A stretch of DNA of 64,000 nt from NCBI RefSeq assembly GCF_001194135.2, contig NC_068994.1, positions 20,808,215-20,872,214 on the forward strand. Reading direction: 5' to 3'. This stretch comes from Octopus bimaculoides (Eukaryota). Positions 10,079-24,378 of this stretch are shown here, piece by piece. Every line of letters starts with the position of its first letter. The stretch's first letter is position 1. The position numbers and the translations under genes are program-made. Below the pieces are notes generated by a model. It was given only the letters and a program-made list of their open reading frames with translations. It was not told the DNA's origin and searched no databases.

Positions 10079-13000
10079 GATTATCTAATTTAAAATATCG
10101 TCAATCGTATGAAAAATATATGACAGTCTGTACATTCATGTCCATTGCTTTCTCCCTCTCTATTTGTGTGTGTGTTCATGACTGAGTGGTAACATTAAAC
10201 AAATATACATTTGGATTTTTAAATTAAAGAATAAGATGTTTCGATATGAACTGTTGTTTTCCTCCCTCAGTACGAACCATCACCTTTATAGTTCGAGTTG
10301 GATAAAACTCTTCTATATAAATTTATAGTATCGAATGTAATTAGTTGATAAGTTAATATAAATATAGGAGAAAAAGAAAACAATTGACAGGCACACGCAA
10401 AAGAAAAAAATGTCAATAATTAACTAGACAATCTTTCAAATAATAACCATAATAATTTCGTAGATTGGTGACACTAATCGACAAGTCGTAGAGGTGATGG
10501 TGGAAGTGGTACAGTTGCGTGTGGTGATGACGGAGACATTGTTTAGAATCAATTGAGCAGACATTTGTTGAAATGATTCCAATTATGACCACTCTACTTT
10601 GGTTTTAGGGACAGTGTATCTAGGACCACATCATTCAATGCGTCCTTCTTTTTTTCTTAATTTTTAGCGATAAGATGTGGTTTGAAGTAAATTTTATTGC
10701 TATTTCTAGCCAGTTAGTCTTGATCAACCAAACATGTGATTAAGGTTAGTTGAATTGGGGAAATATTCAGACACATTCACGAAAATAAACAAAAGATTTT
10801 TTAATGTTTCACAACTTCTAAATTATATTAATGTCATACTTTTAATACTACGTACCTCAAAGAACAGCTGTTTGTGCGCGTGTACGCGGACCCACCCACC
10901 TAACATGCATACATACATACAATTTGTCTGTTAACTACATCTCAAGGATGGAGCCTTGTATCTTTGTTGGAAACTGGCTCCCTCCTCAGTGGTAGATTTA
11001 TAATAATTAAAAAAATAAAAGAGATATACATACATACCTATCTATCTGTTTGTCTATCTATCTATCTATCTAATTGAGGCTAGCTTAATCTTCATAAAGG
11101 ACGAAAGATAAAGCTGGCATCAGCATCTCTTCATTTTTCTTCAGAATAAAATTAAAAAATAAATATGCAGCCACTGACATTGTTTCATGCAGAATTCAAA
11201 TGCTTCCCTTACCAACATTCTACTATAATTGTTATCAGAAAATGCGAGTGAGAGATAAAGAAGAAAATATGTCAAAACTTTGATGGAGTTGGGGGTTTAG
11301 AGATGAAGTGAGATTGGCGAATAGAGTTACTTCCCTTCGTCTGAGTCAGCTCAAAAACTTTGTGGGAGGATGAAGAAAGTTTTCTGAATCAGACTTCCAT
11401 TTACACTTACCATCCAGACTACGTCACCCTAATACATGGAAATACTCACTCGTGCGTTTCTTGGTGTTAAATCATCTACGTTCTATTAACTTAGTATTTC
11501 ATCCTCAAAGTTTTTTTTTTTGTGTTGTTCTACCAACCATCTAATGTTGATATTTCATGCGAAAAGTTATTGAGGTAGGATGTTGAAAAACTATTTCTCA
11601 CTGTCAGTTGTCCAGTATGAATGTGTGTAGTCGCATGCACGATGACATTTGTTGTTTCATGAAAATTCGTGATGAGATAATACTCTTTTGATTGATGTAA
11701 TTTTATTTAACGCTTTTACGCTCGCCTATGCCACTAACTTCTGTGAAGAGGGAAATGTTTTTAGAAGTCCTTAGGAAGAATGAATTGGCATAATATTTAG
11801 ACTTGCGGACAAAATATCTGTTGTTTTTTTAGACACTGTCTTTTATCTTCTGAGGTTAAGTCTCAACTTTCTGGAGTCATTAAAATGTAATACCAGTCAA
11901 GTTCTGGAATTGATTCCTATAATATATAGATATGAATGAAATTGTAACAGAAAAGATATACATATATAAACACACACAGATATGTGCCTTCTTTCTAAAA
12001 GCTTCGCCCTTAACCCCAGAACTCCGTTTGTCACACAATCCTTTTTTACGGATTTAAAATGTAGACAACTAGTTTCATCCAAGTACCCTCGGAATCATAA
12101 TTTGACACATTTGCACAACAATCGCGCTTTACTTCTAAAACTCCAGTCAGATTCTGTGATTATGTCAGGATTCTGTTGTGAATTTTTTTCTTCTTCTAAG
12201 TCTCATTTCCCTTCCTTCCTTTTCGAATACTTTAAATAATGTCTGTGACACCAAATTACTTGATGTTGATATGTGTCAAAATTAGCAGTTTCCAGGTTTT
12301 TTTTTGTTTTTTTTTTGTCTGTCTGTCTTATAATACTACTGAAATTGAAATGAAATGTGTTTAGTGTGTGCCTATGTTAAAATGATCATTGATATAGTTA
12401 TTTCTAACAAGTCCAAAGTTTTCAATCTGGAATTATGCGAAGTTCATAAATATTACTTATTTTGTAATTTAGCTGCTTGAATTAACAACACTTCTCTCTC
12501 TCTCACAGTAAATTTTCAGACACCCGCACGATTTTTACTAAGAAAAAAAAAAAAAAAAAAACAACTCGGATTTTTTGCATGGAATCAAGTATCCTGACCT
12601 CCTAATATGCTGCAAATCCCTTATTTTGGTTCGGAAAAAGTGGGGGCGAAGGGGGTCCCCTTCTCGGATTTATTGGAATTTTTTTTTTTTTTTTTTGCGT
12701 TGAATGAATTCCTGTGACATCCTAATATGCATTAGGTTAAGAAGTTCAGATTATTTACAGAAAATGATAATAAATCAGGACTCACAGTTGGAAATCATTT
12801 TATAAACTTGACCAACTTAGATTTGGGCTCAACGACACTGATGAGTATACTTTCATTGGTTGACGCTTTAAACTTTTGTTTTTGAAATATAGAACAATCA
12901 TATTTCTTGATCTTTCGGTGTATATTTAGTCTCCTTGTATTGTTTCTGTTTCGTTTATTTCAATAACTGTAGAACTACTCCGCAGTTGATTACTTTTTCT

Positions 13001-15159
13001 TCACTGTTTACATTGTGGAAAATATAAATTCAACTAAAGTAGAATATACGAAACAATTTGAATCAGTGGGGATGTATTTTCCTGCTAGCTTCAAGTTATC
13101 TTTGACAAGCGAGCAGCAGAATAACGATAGATGTAAAAGAGTATCTATTTAAGTGTAAGGAAATGTTATCAATTCCGTTGAATCCAGCGCTGTTATCTGA
13201 AAGACGTACAATGTTCTTGAATAACAGTGCAATTTTCTATCTGGAGAGTTCATTGAGTATATATACATGTGTGTTATAACTGAGTATGTGTGTATCCATA
13301 CATGTGTACATATGTATGTAAATGTAAAGATGAGTGTGTAAAAGTCAGTGTTCATATACAAGTGTGTGTTTATATACAAGTAAGTTTGTATATTATAGTG
13401 TGTGTGTGTGTAAGGGCATTGTAATGATTTAACTATTAAGTTGCCTTCAAGTGAAGGCTAACTGAATCAAGGTGAATTCATGTTCTTCATGTAGCAACAC
13501 ATGTCAACTGTTGATTTAGTTGACAACCCACGTAGAATGATCCTAACTCTGTTGACAACAGCATGTGTAAAATATCATATGTAGTAAGAGCTGTATTGTG
13601 AATATGTATGAATGTTAATATAACATCACACAGTTCACTACTATATAATTAAGTGTACATGTTATGTTTATATAATTGAGGATAATAATTCAGTATGTGT
13701 GGAACTAAATGTAATTGAAACTATCAAAATTAAACAATTTATATGAAAAGTTTTTGATCTATAAACAACGTCTGAAAGATTATTTTGCAGTTTTTGGTAA
13801 GTTATACTCCAGGTGCTTGTCTGGACCTTATCTCACCAAACAGTTTCACTTTTCATTTTACACCTAACAAATTCACTTCTACACTTCCTTTCAATTTGCT
13901 CTGACCTGCAGTAACTACAATAATCTAAAATGTATAAAGAAGGTGCAAAATTTTAAGTTCACAAATGTTAAAGATCAAAGTACTTATCAACTTCCCCCTT
14001 TTTTTAAAAGAAAAGACATAAGTGTTAAGAAAGATTGAAACAAATAAAATAGTGAATTACTTTTAAAGAAATTTAAAACCTATGAAAGGAACCAGTCATG
14101 ATCTTACTGAGGACAGTCTTGCTGAATTTATGGAGATTCAGAAGTTTGGTGAAGAATCCTTTTTTATTTTTGGTTCCAAGTCATCACTGCTCTTTATTCA
14201 TTGTGAAATTAACCCATGTTTTTCAAGAAAGTTTTAGTTTTCTTTTTTTTTCATTGGTGGGTGAGGCAGAATAAGTGGTTTCATCTTTAGCATTTGTCAT
14301 TATAAAATTGTTTAAGAAACATCATGTTTTGATTATATGTAGCGATTGTAAAAGCTTAAGTCAAAGAAGAAAAAGCATAATTATTTTGGTGAAAACTAGG
14401 CTGTTCAAAAACAGAAACCACTAAGGTGCAAATATCAAGTAATACAGTAGAATGCCAGTCTACATGTTTTTCTATATGTATCTTATTGTTCTGAATTCAA
14501 AATCAATGGAGATGGGATAGACCAAATAGGCTATGTCACTCTCTCTTTTAGAAAATATACCTTGTGTCTATTCAAAAAAATCCTGTGTTGTTTAGAATGT
14601 GTATTGTATTAGATAAATGTATTGTTAGTTCCTTGTGTAAAGTACATGCTCCATTAGAATTTTCTGCAATGATACAAAAGCCCCTATTGATATAATCTTA
14701 CAGGTAATCTGAGACATCTTCTTCAGAACCCTCTTAAATTCTTGTTATTGACTTGCATGTGAAATTCTGAAAATGTCATAATTGTAGCTTTTCTCAAATA
14801 AATCACACACTCACACACACAATGCACATTTACACATACAACTAATACATTTATTCATGATTAGATAACATTTTTGCTGTTTTGTTTTGTTTTGTTTTGT
14901 TTTTTTAATGCTATTGTAAATTCCTGGCAAGCTAAGACTGCATACTCTTCAACTGACTTTGTTTCATTTCATCAACATCATTAATGTTTCATGAAAGGCA
15001 TGGATGTTCTCTACTATAAATTTTAGTTTTATACTTTGGGGGAAATCAATACTGTTTGGCTTTGTAACAGCTCTGTGGTATATGTTTATTACCTAGTTTG
15101 ATAGACTGAAAAACCACTTAGCCAAATATGTAAATGATTACAAACCGACAAGGAAGTCT

Positions 15160-15345
15160 ATATGTGGCTGCTTGAGCTGCTAGAAATAGCAACCAAATTT
15201 CACTTCAATTATACCCTTCTATTTTAAAAACGATATCTAAAATTATTTTGGACTGTGTACATAGTGCCTGAAAAGTAAAAGACAAATGGTCACAGGCTAA
15301 AACCTCTTTGACCATAGGTCTGCTCTAAAACTATCGGGCTAAACA
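15160..15345 (+). mobile_element. Old SINE-like family C (representative copy)
   Basis: gctgctagaaatagcaaccaaat...accctt...ttaaaaa...gatggtca..gct...ctttgaccataggtctgct. Related degenerate copies lie near 5095-5250, 23300-23500 and 61345-61545 (+), and 10560-10740, 40975-41075, 54830-54925 and 57430-57580 (-). Confidence 0.6.
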
Positions 15346-16972
15346 GCTATGGCAAAATAAATTACCATTGTTCTTGCTGAGTGGGTGAGTTCATATATCA
15401 TTTATAGCACCATGCTAAGGAAGTCACTAAACCTCACGTATCTCAATCATCTGACAGCCAAGCATACAAGGGTTGTGATGACTAAGATCAGCACCATCCC
15501 TACAACAATTGAATGCTTAGTTAATAGATTGGAACATAGTTGGTAGTAAATTTTACTGAGGAATTAATTTAGCAGTAGGTATAAGAAAGAACTGAAGTCA
15601 ATTTAGTTTAACAATGGAATTCAGTTCCATTCATTATTGCAATTTATTTTATTCATGCTGAGTGACGGAAAGTAAAATTTATTGCAGTTCAGTTTTAATT
15701 TACAAATGTAAGACATCAAATCTTATGATTGAAAGCAATGTAGATGGAGACATTATCATTTATATCAAGACTACTCTGCTAATAATAGTAATAATCTGCA
15801 AATGATTTCTAACTTTGGCACAAGGTAACAGATTTATGGGAAACTGGCAATAATAGAAATGGTGATAGTTTCTTACATAAAAACAAGACTACAATTTTAA
15901 AAGGAAGGAGTAGAATCAATGCATGTAAAGAACTGGTAGTTAATGGCCTTCGGATTGACACTATCATCATCATCATCCAGTGTTTTAAATCTGGATTTTG
16001 TCCCTGTTAACTGGAGTGGCTGGATCTACCTCAATGCCATAGCAACAGAGGTAGGCAGGTGCAGCCCACCCCAACCTTTAGGCTGGCTGGTGCCCATTCT
16101 CCTTTGCTATCATTAGGCTTTTTTTGGAGCAGTATTTTCTATGGGGAGCATGCCCTTGCTTACCCCCAACCTCAGTTTCTAGACATGAGTGGTCCCGAGA
16201 CCAAGGCTTCTACCACGATTTTTAAGAAATGTGATGGAAAACTAGCTCAGGAAGGCAGGGACGCTACTCCCTGAAACCCCTTTCAGAGCCCCCCTACCTA
16301 GACAGTGGAATGCAAAGCTAGCCCCAACAGAATTTGGACTCAGAATGTAGATGTAGCTAAAAACTAGTGGAAAAAATTACTCTTAGCCTTTGAGATGTGG
16401 GGAGTGTGAGTGGAAAGAATATATGATACAGATAATGCCATTCTGTAGAAGAATGGTGAAGGCTGAAACACATGAACAAGTTAAGTTATGGAATTGGTTG
16501 AAGAAGTATTTAAGCGAATGTAAAAAATTGGGCCATGTGAAGTCAAAATGACGCTGAAATAATATTAAAAATACAGTGAAAACAATTAAGTGTTTAAACT
16601 GTGCTAGTTTGTACCTTCCTCCATAATATAGATTAAAAGTAACATGAAAAGTTGGGTGGAAAATTATGATCTTGCTTTGGTCTAAAATTTTGCACTTAGG
16701 GCCTGAGGAAATAGATTGCTAATTAACATAGTGCTTATATGTGCAGAAGTATACACACGTCTTTGGTGTGGTGAGTGATTTAGGTTCGTTATGGAGGTCT
16801 TGAGAACCATAAAAAAATATTTGTTTTTTTTTAATTTTGTTTTGTAGAAAATATTGACTAATTATAAATACATCAAGTAGCATTGCAACAACTTATGTCT
16901 GCCTCTTTTGATTTAGGTTATTTAGCTTCATTTTGTAAAAGTGGCATAGAAAGGTTACATTATGGTCTAGAA

Positions 16973-17189
16973 CAGTGATTCCCAACATGGGGCATATGTT
17001 CCACTGGTGGGACATGAGATCCAAAGTTTTTTTGTTTTCTTTTTTTTTTATAGTATGACATGGAATTGTGAAAATTTTGTTTTCACAGCAAACATACTAC
17101 ACCTATACTTTTTTCCAACCACCATTGGGGCATACATCTTTCTGGAAAGTTATTGTGGGGCCTGAAGGAAAGTAAGCTGGGCAACACTG
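16973..17189. mobile_element. hAT-type MITE
   Basis: TIRs CAGTGATTCCCAAC / GCTGGGCAACACTG; 8-bp flanks gtctagaa / gtctagag (7/8). Confidence 0.7.
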
Positions 17190-17357
17190 GTCTAGAGGTT
17201 GAAGGGATCTGACAGACCACTGGTTTAGAAGCAAGTTTCTAACAGGCAGTACATGACATCCATTAAATTGTCTGTTTCTTTTATGTCTGTTTCTATGGGG
17301 TGAATGATGTTTGTTGTCTGTTGTTGGAAATTTGAATACTCTGTGTATTCTTTAAAT

Positions 17358-17628
17358 CAGTGGTTCTCAACCAGGTTCCATGTGACTGCTGGGGGTCCAC
17401 ACAAGCAAAACAGTAAATCGGAGGTCCATGATAGTATTTTAGGGGTTAATGAAAAAATTTTGTTTCCAATGTATTTATTGCAAGAAGCAACTAGGTTTCT
17501 TCCCAATCACATAGTTCCAGGTTCAGTTCCACTGCATGGCACCTTGGACAAATGTTTTCTACTATAGCCTTGGGCTGGCTAAAGCCTTGTAAGTGAATTT
17601 GGTAGATGGCAACTGAAAGAAGCCCATC

Positions 17629-17698
<70 letters not shown>

Positions 17699-18105
17699 CT
17701 TTGTCTTTATGTTTCTGTTTGTCCCCTACCACTACTTGACAACTGGTGTTGGTGTGTTTACATCCCCATAACTTAGTAGTTTGGCAAAAAGAGAGCAATA
17801 GGATAAAGTCCTGAGGTCGTTTGTTTGACTAAAACCCTTCATAGCAGTGTCCCAACATGGCTGTAATCAAATGACTGAAACAAGTAAAAGATAAAAGATA
17901 GTTCAGTGTGTTTCTAACCACTGTGACATGTTCTCCCAGAGTGCTATTGCAAACCTATACAAGTACATGTGTGAAGAACAAAATTGGAATTTTGGAAGAA
18001 GTATCAATAAAACTAGTTTTTAAACATCAAATAATTATGGGGATCCACCTGAATAAAATAGTAATCAAAGGGGTCCATAGGTAAAAAAACAGTTGAGAAC
18101 CACTG
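17358..18105. mobile_element. hAT-type MITE interrupted by a SINE
   Basis: Perfect TIRs CAGTGGTTCTCAAC / GTTGAGAACCACTG; 8-bp flanks ctttaaat / ctttaaac (7/8). Confidence 0.8.
17481..17900 (+). mobile_element. SINE family A nested in the hAT MITE
   Basis: Family A core and 3' half with a long internal (TA)n at about 17630-17685. Confidence 0.8.
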
Positions 18106-18614
18106 CTTTAAACCGTTTCAGTTATATTACTAATGTCCTCAAGGAAAGCGTAATCATCATAACTTCTCATACCTTCTGTATCTCTTAGAATTCTTTGACT
18201 TCACACAAATTTAGTAAATCGTTACAATAAGTGATGGTTTGTTGGAACAGTAAAATGTGGAATGGAATACCATGTGCTGTTTACGTTGTGCCACTTCTAT
18301 AGATTTTTACATGAATAAAGTCAGAGCATTCAATACATACAGTGAAATATATTAAACGATATAATTCATTGGTGATAATTCATCATGAATTATAGTTTCA
18401 TATCCTGGGAAGCTGTTTAATCAATAACTCAGCCTCCATGAATTGTAATTTTTTTGTTGTTGTTTCCAGTATTGTATTATGAGTTTGAAATATGATAATG
18501 GGTGTAACTCATTACATATTTTATTCAGGGTGAGTTATTTCCCTTGGGTTAACTAAAAATGAAGTGGGTGCAGGTTTATGATGAGTAAGGAGGAAGGGTT
18601 AAATAAACTACTAT

Positions 18615-18888
18615 TCTTGTTGTTTGTTCCTTCTCAAGTTATGCCTGGCTCATAAAGGCCAGTTTCCTGGGTTTTATTGGCATATAAGTTCCCCACCTGG
18701 ACGGGATACTGGTCTGTTGCAGGTGAGCTGCTAGATGCAGGAAGAAAGGGTGAGAGAAAGTTGTGGCAAAAGAGTAAGTAGAAGTTCGCCATTACCTTCT
18801 TCCGGAGCTGTGTTTCACTCATAAACGCACACATTGCCCGGTCTGAGATTCGAACCTGCGATCCTTCCACTAGGCCATATGCCTCCAC
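18615..18888 (-). mobile_element. tRNA-derived SINE (family D, tail type 1) with a perfect 15-bp TSD
   Basis: TAAATAAACTACTAT at 18600-18614 and 18889-18903. The - strand head has TGGCCTAGTGG (A box) and GGTTCGAATC (B box) with the anticodon arm deleted; ends in an (AAC)-type tail. Confidence 0.85.
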
Positions 18889-21071
18889 TAAATAAACTAC
18901 TATATGATAGTGAAATTATGAAGTTATCAGTAAGTGTACTGTTATATGATATAGTAGGATAAAGACAAAAAAAGAGATAGTGTGATTGCTCCTAATAAAT
19001 AGTTTAGTATTAATCCATTCACTCAGTTAGGGACATAATCTGCCAGTGTTTCGATATATATTTACTGATGTATTCTTTCAAAAACTAGATGTAATTGGAT
19101 TGTTTTGTTCCGCTTTTCTGTATTTCTGATAAAAATAAATACAGCTGAAATATTGTTGCTTAAATTTACATCTACCATACAACTTACTCTACAAAGAATA
19201 TCACAACTCCATCTAAATAAACATTATATGAAAGAGTTACTGAATAAGGTAGATTTAGTTAAATGCATGTGCTAGAAATTTTTCATCTATGACCCTCAGA
19301 TCATGAATAGTAATGTTACTTTAATAGAAAGACATGCAACTGTCAAGGATTTAAGGATATTAGAACCATTAAAATCTGACTCCTTAGTTATGATATCCAA
19401 AATATATTCCATAAATACATCAATACAAAACAATAAGAAACAAAACTTCTTGCTATCAGATAAAACAAAAAACCTTTTTACAGCAGTAAATAGTTCCTAT
19501 AACAAACTCTTAAATAAGAACATTACAGATATACAAGATATTTAATAGAAATATCATTAAGAGTAGTTATAGTTGCACCAAAAAATCATTGCTGCTTTTA
19601 TAGCCAATATAAGCAAAAGAGAACTTCTCATTACAAACATACGAAACTCTCCTGTGTGTAATTCTATAATTCCCAAAACCCTAATATCTCAGTTTCTATT
19701 TCTAGCAAGATGAGCAACCATTTAGAGGCTCTCATAATTAGCTGTTATATATATATGAATATTAATCAGTGGTTAACTTCAGTAGAAATTTTTCATATAC
19801 TAAAGATGTCTTCTGTTTCTTATTTCTTACTCTTATTGTTTAACCTCTGGTAATCCTAGTTAAGCAAATAATTCTGGCCATCCAGTATCCTATTTTGGTT
19901 TGTTCTTAAAGTTAGTAAAATGTGATTTGAGAGAGACTTGACTACTATTTCTAACTGCCAAATGATCATGCCTTTTTGTGGAATGAGAGTTAAATTTTCA
20001 GGCCAGGGTGGGTGGGGGCACCCTAATACATTCGTCTGATGTATGAAATCACAGTTCATTAACAAAGGTACTACTATTTTATGTTCTCACTTCAAAAATT
20101 GAAAACAGCCAGCAGTCTCTTGTTTTCCCGGCTGTTCATATTTGCTTCCATGGCTCACAAACACAGACTACTGATTTAGTGATTGTTATAACAAGTGTAA
20201 TATGTGTGTTTGTGTGTATAAAAAAGCTCTGCTTTTTTGACAGTAATGCTCAATTTTTTTGCCCATCATGATCTCATAGTCTCTCTTTTTTTTTTCTTTT
20301 GTCTGCCTCTTCTATAATTTCTATAATTTACATCAATGTCCAAAATTTGCTAATTATACTTGAAGCCCTCACATTAAATCAGTCTCAGTGTTCTATTTTT
20401 CACCTTAAAGTCCCACAATAAGCATCAAATACAAAGTTTTAATTCTAAAAACTACTGTATTTGCAATACATTAACTCCCAAATTTTCAAACTCTACATTA
20501 ATTGTACACAACAGTACTTATCTTCTCCATCTTCTTGGTTCAGTAGTTCTTATCTCATCCTCAAAAGTACACTGTTTCTCTGCTAAAAAATACTTGATCC
20601 TCAGTTCTTCATTCAAAAGGAATTGTTCACTACTGTTAGTTGTGAAAGCCCAGTAGAATTAACTAGTTTCATTAGCTTAGTGTATTTCCTAAAGGTTTAG
20701 CTTAAAGACGGATGACTTCAGCATGGAGAAGGATAGGCTCAGTTATTAGAGACACTTTAGGTACAACACACTGAGTCAAATTTTGCTGTATACTAATAAT
20801 ATATGGGTTACCTAGCAGCTACTTGGTAACTTAATAGGAGCTGCTGTTCCTATTAAGAGTGTTACCTTAAAACAATAAGGAAGATGCCTCACATTTCCAA
20901 ATTCAATTACTACTAAGATGGATTTTTGCTTCACAACCAATGAAAATAAGTCTTTAACATAAGTATCCAAAACACACCAAGTTTTGTTACCTCCCTCTTT
21001 TACGAAAAGCACTTTTGTCTTTTTTTTTTTAAAGCAAAATATTTATTACTTATTTTTCTTTTGTTATCCAG

Positions 21072-21516
21072 GATGGTGATGATGACATAAAGATAATGAT
21101 ATCAGAAAAGAAATCATCTCCATCAACAGCAGAGATACCCAGTAACATTGGAGTAGATCAGCATATCAACAGCCCTGTGGACATGGTCTCTTCTTACCCC
21201 GAGCAAAGCTCACCAAATGAAGAGCATTCACCTCTCAAGGAGAAACCAAATAAAAAGAGTCTTTCAAAACTTGTCCGGAAGGGCAAAGATAAAATCCCTG
21301 TGGTTCAAGTGCCTCCTCAGATCAACAGACAGGACTTGACATGTGATGACAAGATCAAGGTTGATCCTTCTTCTTCTTCTTCTCCATTCAACTGCATTCC
21401 TCAATTAGAGACAAGCCTTTCTTCGGATTCTTACCCAGAGATGGCTCCAGATTTCGTTGCTGATGAAACAGATTCTCAAGATATTGCAAATGAAGGATTT
21501 GTACCCGCTTCAGAAG
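21072..21516 (+). CDS. Internal coding exon B (DGDDDIKIMISEKK...ANEGFVPASE), Ser/Pro/Asp/Glu-rich, probably disordered
   Basis: Long pyrimidine tract plus tccAG, 445 nt with no stop (ORF 21096-21575 overlaps it), higher GC than flanks, donor AAG|GTAAAA. Phase 0 in, phase 1 out. Confidence 0.85.
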
Positions 21517-24024
21517 GTAAAAGAGATTTTGCTTTTATTTCTGTCTTTTGTTTTATCAACTCTTTTTGCTTATGATTGTAGCATCCTTTATGCTAATTAT
21601 ATATTATATATGATTGGTGATAATGATATATTTTTTTGTTTTGTTTTTTTTTTTCATATTGTATACTATAATCTTGTTTCAAAGACTGTGATCTTTTCAC
21701 TGATCTCTGCAATATTTTTTCCAACACACAATTTCAGGTTTAGCTTTGCTTGCCAAATATATATACAAGATAGATTTTGCATTAATTTTTATTTATTTCA
21801 TAGTGTATGTTTGGTAGTCTATAAAATACCTCCAAATTTGCATTAATTAGTGGAAGAAATATTTTCATTTGTTTTGAATACCTAGAACGACTTTACTGAA
21901 AGTAAGATGAGGACAAATTAAAAACGAGGGAGAATGAAGACAGTAACTTGTGAAATGCACACTGACAATTAACACACTGCCATAATATAATTAATTAATC
22001 AGTCAAAATCAAGTCTTGGGAGGCTTACCTTCTACACCTCAAGTTTTCCACCATCTTTCTCCTTATTCATTCTATAATATTGCTCATCTCCACCCTTGTG
22101 CTCTTCTTATTCCTATTTTATCAGTATTTGTCCATGCATGTCTGTTTATTAAAGGTAGGGTTTCATGGTGTTGTTTTATATGACCAAACCATTTCATTTA
22201 TAGCCTTTTCAAACTGACAGAAGAGTTTCATGGCTTACAAGTCTTCTCAAGTATTTCTTTACTAGTACACTCACTAGTTTGATGTTCTTTATAGCTTTTC
22301 AGTAATATTCTATTCCAAAGCCCCAGATCCTTTTCTCACTTTCACCAACTAACAACCAACATTCACACTCTCACAGAGTAAAGTTGAAATATGTGTGTAT
22401 CTGTGTGTATATTTAACATATATTATATATCTATGCATATATTATTATATCAGTCGGTGGTTCATATATCTGAAAAAGAAGCACACTCTAAAACATTAAA
22501 GTAGAAATATTTAGAAAGTTTTTTTTTTTATGGTTGGTCAGAAAGTGACCATTGGTTTCACACTGATAAAGCTCTTAACTGTATAGGCAACTATATAGCT
22601 AAGAGCTTTATTGGTGCAAAACCAGTGATCGCTCTCTGACTGGCCATAACCTTCTAAATATATATTGTTTGATGTGATACAGTCATTTTTTTTTTGTTTT
22701 TTAAGGAGATATAGACAACTAACTTCAGTCTAATATATTATTGATTTCTATTTCATTCATACACATGAATGAAAAGCACAATCAAACTTAAGATTTGAAT
22801 TGATGTATAGTTTATGGTTCACTTGCATTTGTATCAAATCTCTCCTTCCCCCATAGAATAGAAAATGAATCTGTTTATAAAAAAAAAAATTGTTTGCATA
22901 GACAATAAGTAGGAATATCAAACTGTTGATTTGAGCCTATTACTTTTATTTGTTTTATTTAACAGTGGTGGATTTCAGTACAGTATTTCAAAGATTCAAA
23001 CTAGATATGCAAAAATAATTTCGTAGTACTAGTATATTAGTTATTTCCTGCTTCACTAAGTTATGCAATCATGGTAGTGTGTGTGTGTATGGTGTGAGAG
23101 GGAGAGAGTTATCTCTACATCTGCTGCAATTAGTTGGAGGATAGAACCATATGAACAAGCTACTTTTTCAACACAATGTTCTACCATTACTTCCTTTGTC
23201 CCACCACCACCACCACCACCAAAAACACCTCCCACTATTGCTTTTAGTGTTTACTTCACTGACATGTTTAGTATTTATAACCCTTATCGTTATCACCATC
23301 ATTACTGTGAGCCAACAAGTAGTCTCTACAGTCACTTGAACTGCTAGTGATAACTAAATCTCTCTCTTAAATCAAAATTATCATTTTAAATTAAAAAAAA
23401 ATAAAGGAGTAATAGATAAGGTAGCTGAGCAGAGATTACCACTAGAACATCTGCTTGATCAGGACTGGTCTGAAGTTGTTAAACAACCATTGTTTCTTTA
23501 GTGTATTTTTGTTTCCATGATAGCTTGGGTTGAAAAGACCTTCGATTTCACCATATATCCTGAATTGTATGTAATCCTGTGTTAGACATGGAAGCAATAA
23601 TGTCTTTGAGATCCAGTGTTCCCCACTTTGATAGAAGAAACTGCTACAAATTACAACAGATTTTAAAATGAAGCAAATGAACATTTAAAAAGTTTTTCAT
23701 TTAAATTGTGAATAAGGAATTGAGAGGAAAACTTTGGTTTTAGTTATGTGGTTTCATAAGAACATCTACATTTCCTGATGATTTTCAAGCTCATTCCCTT
23801 GTTTTGTTATGAATAAATATTAATTATGTCAAAATTAGAGGAATGGAAAATCTGTCATGTGACTTTTGTGCTTTTTCCAAGTACATTAACTGCACTAGTG
23901 AAATGGTTTCAACTGTAATTGAAACTGTATTATATCTTACCCTGAGTTTATTCTGGTATATGAGAAATTAGTTGATAAATTAAGAAAAGAACAGTAAACC
24001 ATTTTTAGAATAAAGCAGTTTTAT

Positions 24025-24378
24025 AGGTACAGGCATGGCTGTGTGGTAAGAAGCTTGCTTCCCAGCCACATGGTTGCAGGTTCAGTCCCACTGTGTAGCA
24101 CCTTGGGCTAGTGTCTTCTACTATAGCCTCAGGCCAACCAAGACAGAAACTGTATGTGTGTGTGTGTGTGTGTGTGTCCCACCACCACTAATTGACAACC
24201 GGTATTGGTTTGTTTACATCCCTGTAACTTAGCAGTTTGGCAAAAAGAGACCAATAGAATAAGTATCAGGCTCAAAAGCAAAATAAGTACTGAGGTCAAC
24301 TCATTTGACTAAAAGTTCTTCAAGGTGGTGCCCCAGCATGATTGTAGTCTAATGATTGAAACAGATGAGATAAAGATA
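24025..24378 (+). mobile_element. SINE family A, full length
   Basis: ggtacaggcatggctgtgtggtaagaagcttgcttcccagccacatggttgcaggttcagtccc...caccttgggctagtgtcttctactatagcc...(GT)n...3' half. Confidence 0.85.

Noticed and set aside
14069-14230. Short frame MKGTSHDLTEDSLAEFMEIQKFGEES resembling exon C (MLEKFGEEG)
   Set aside because: Splice sites are weak, the phase does not fit between exons A and B, and the similarity covers only about 6 residues.
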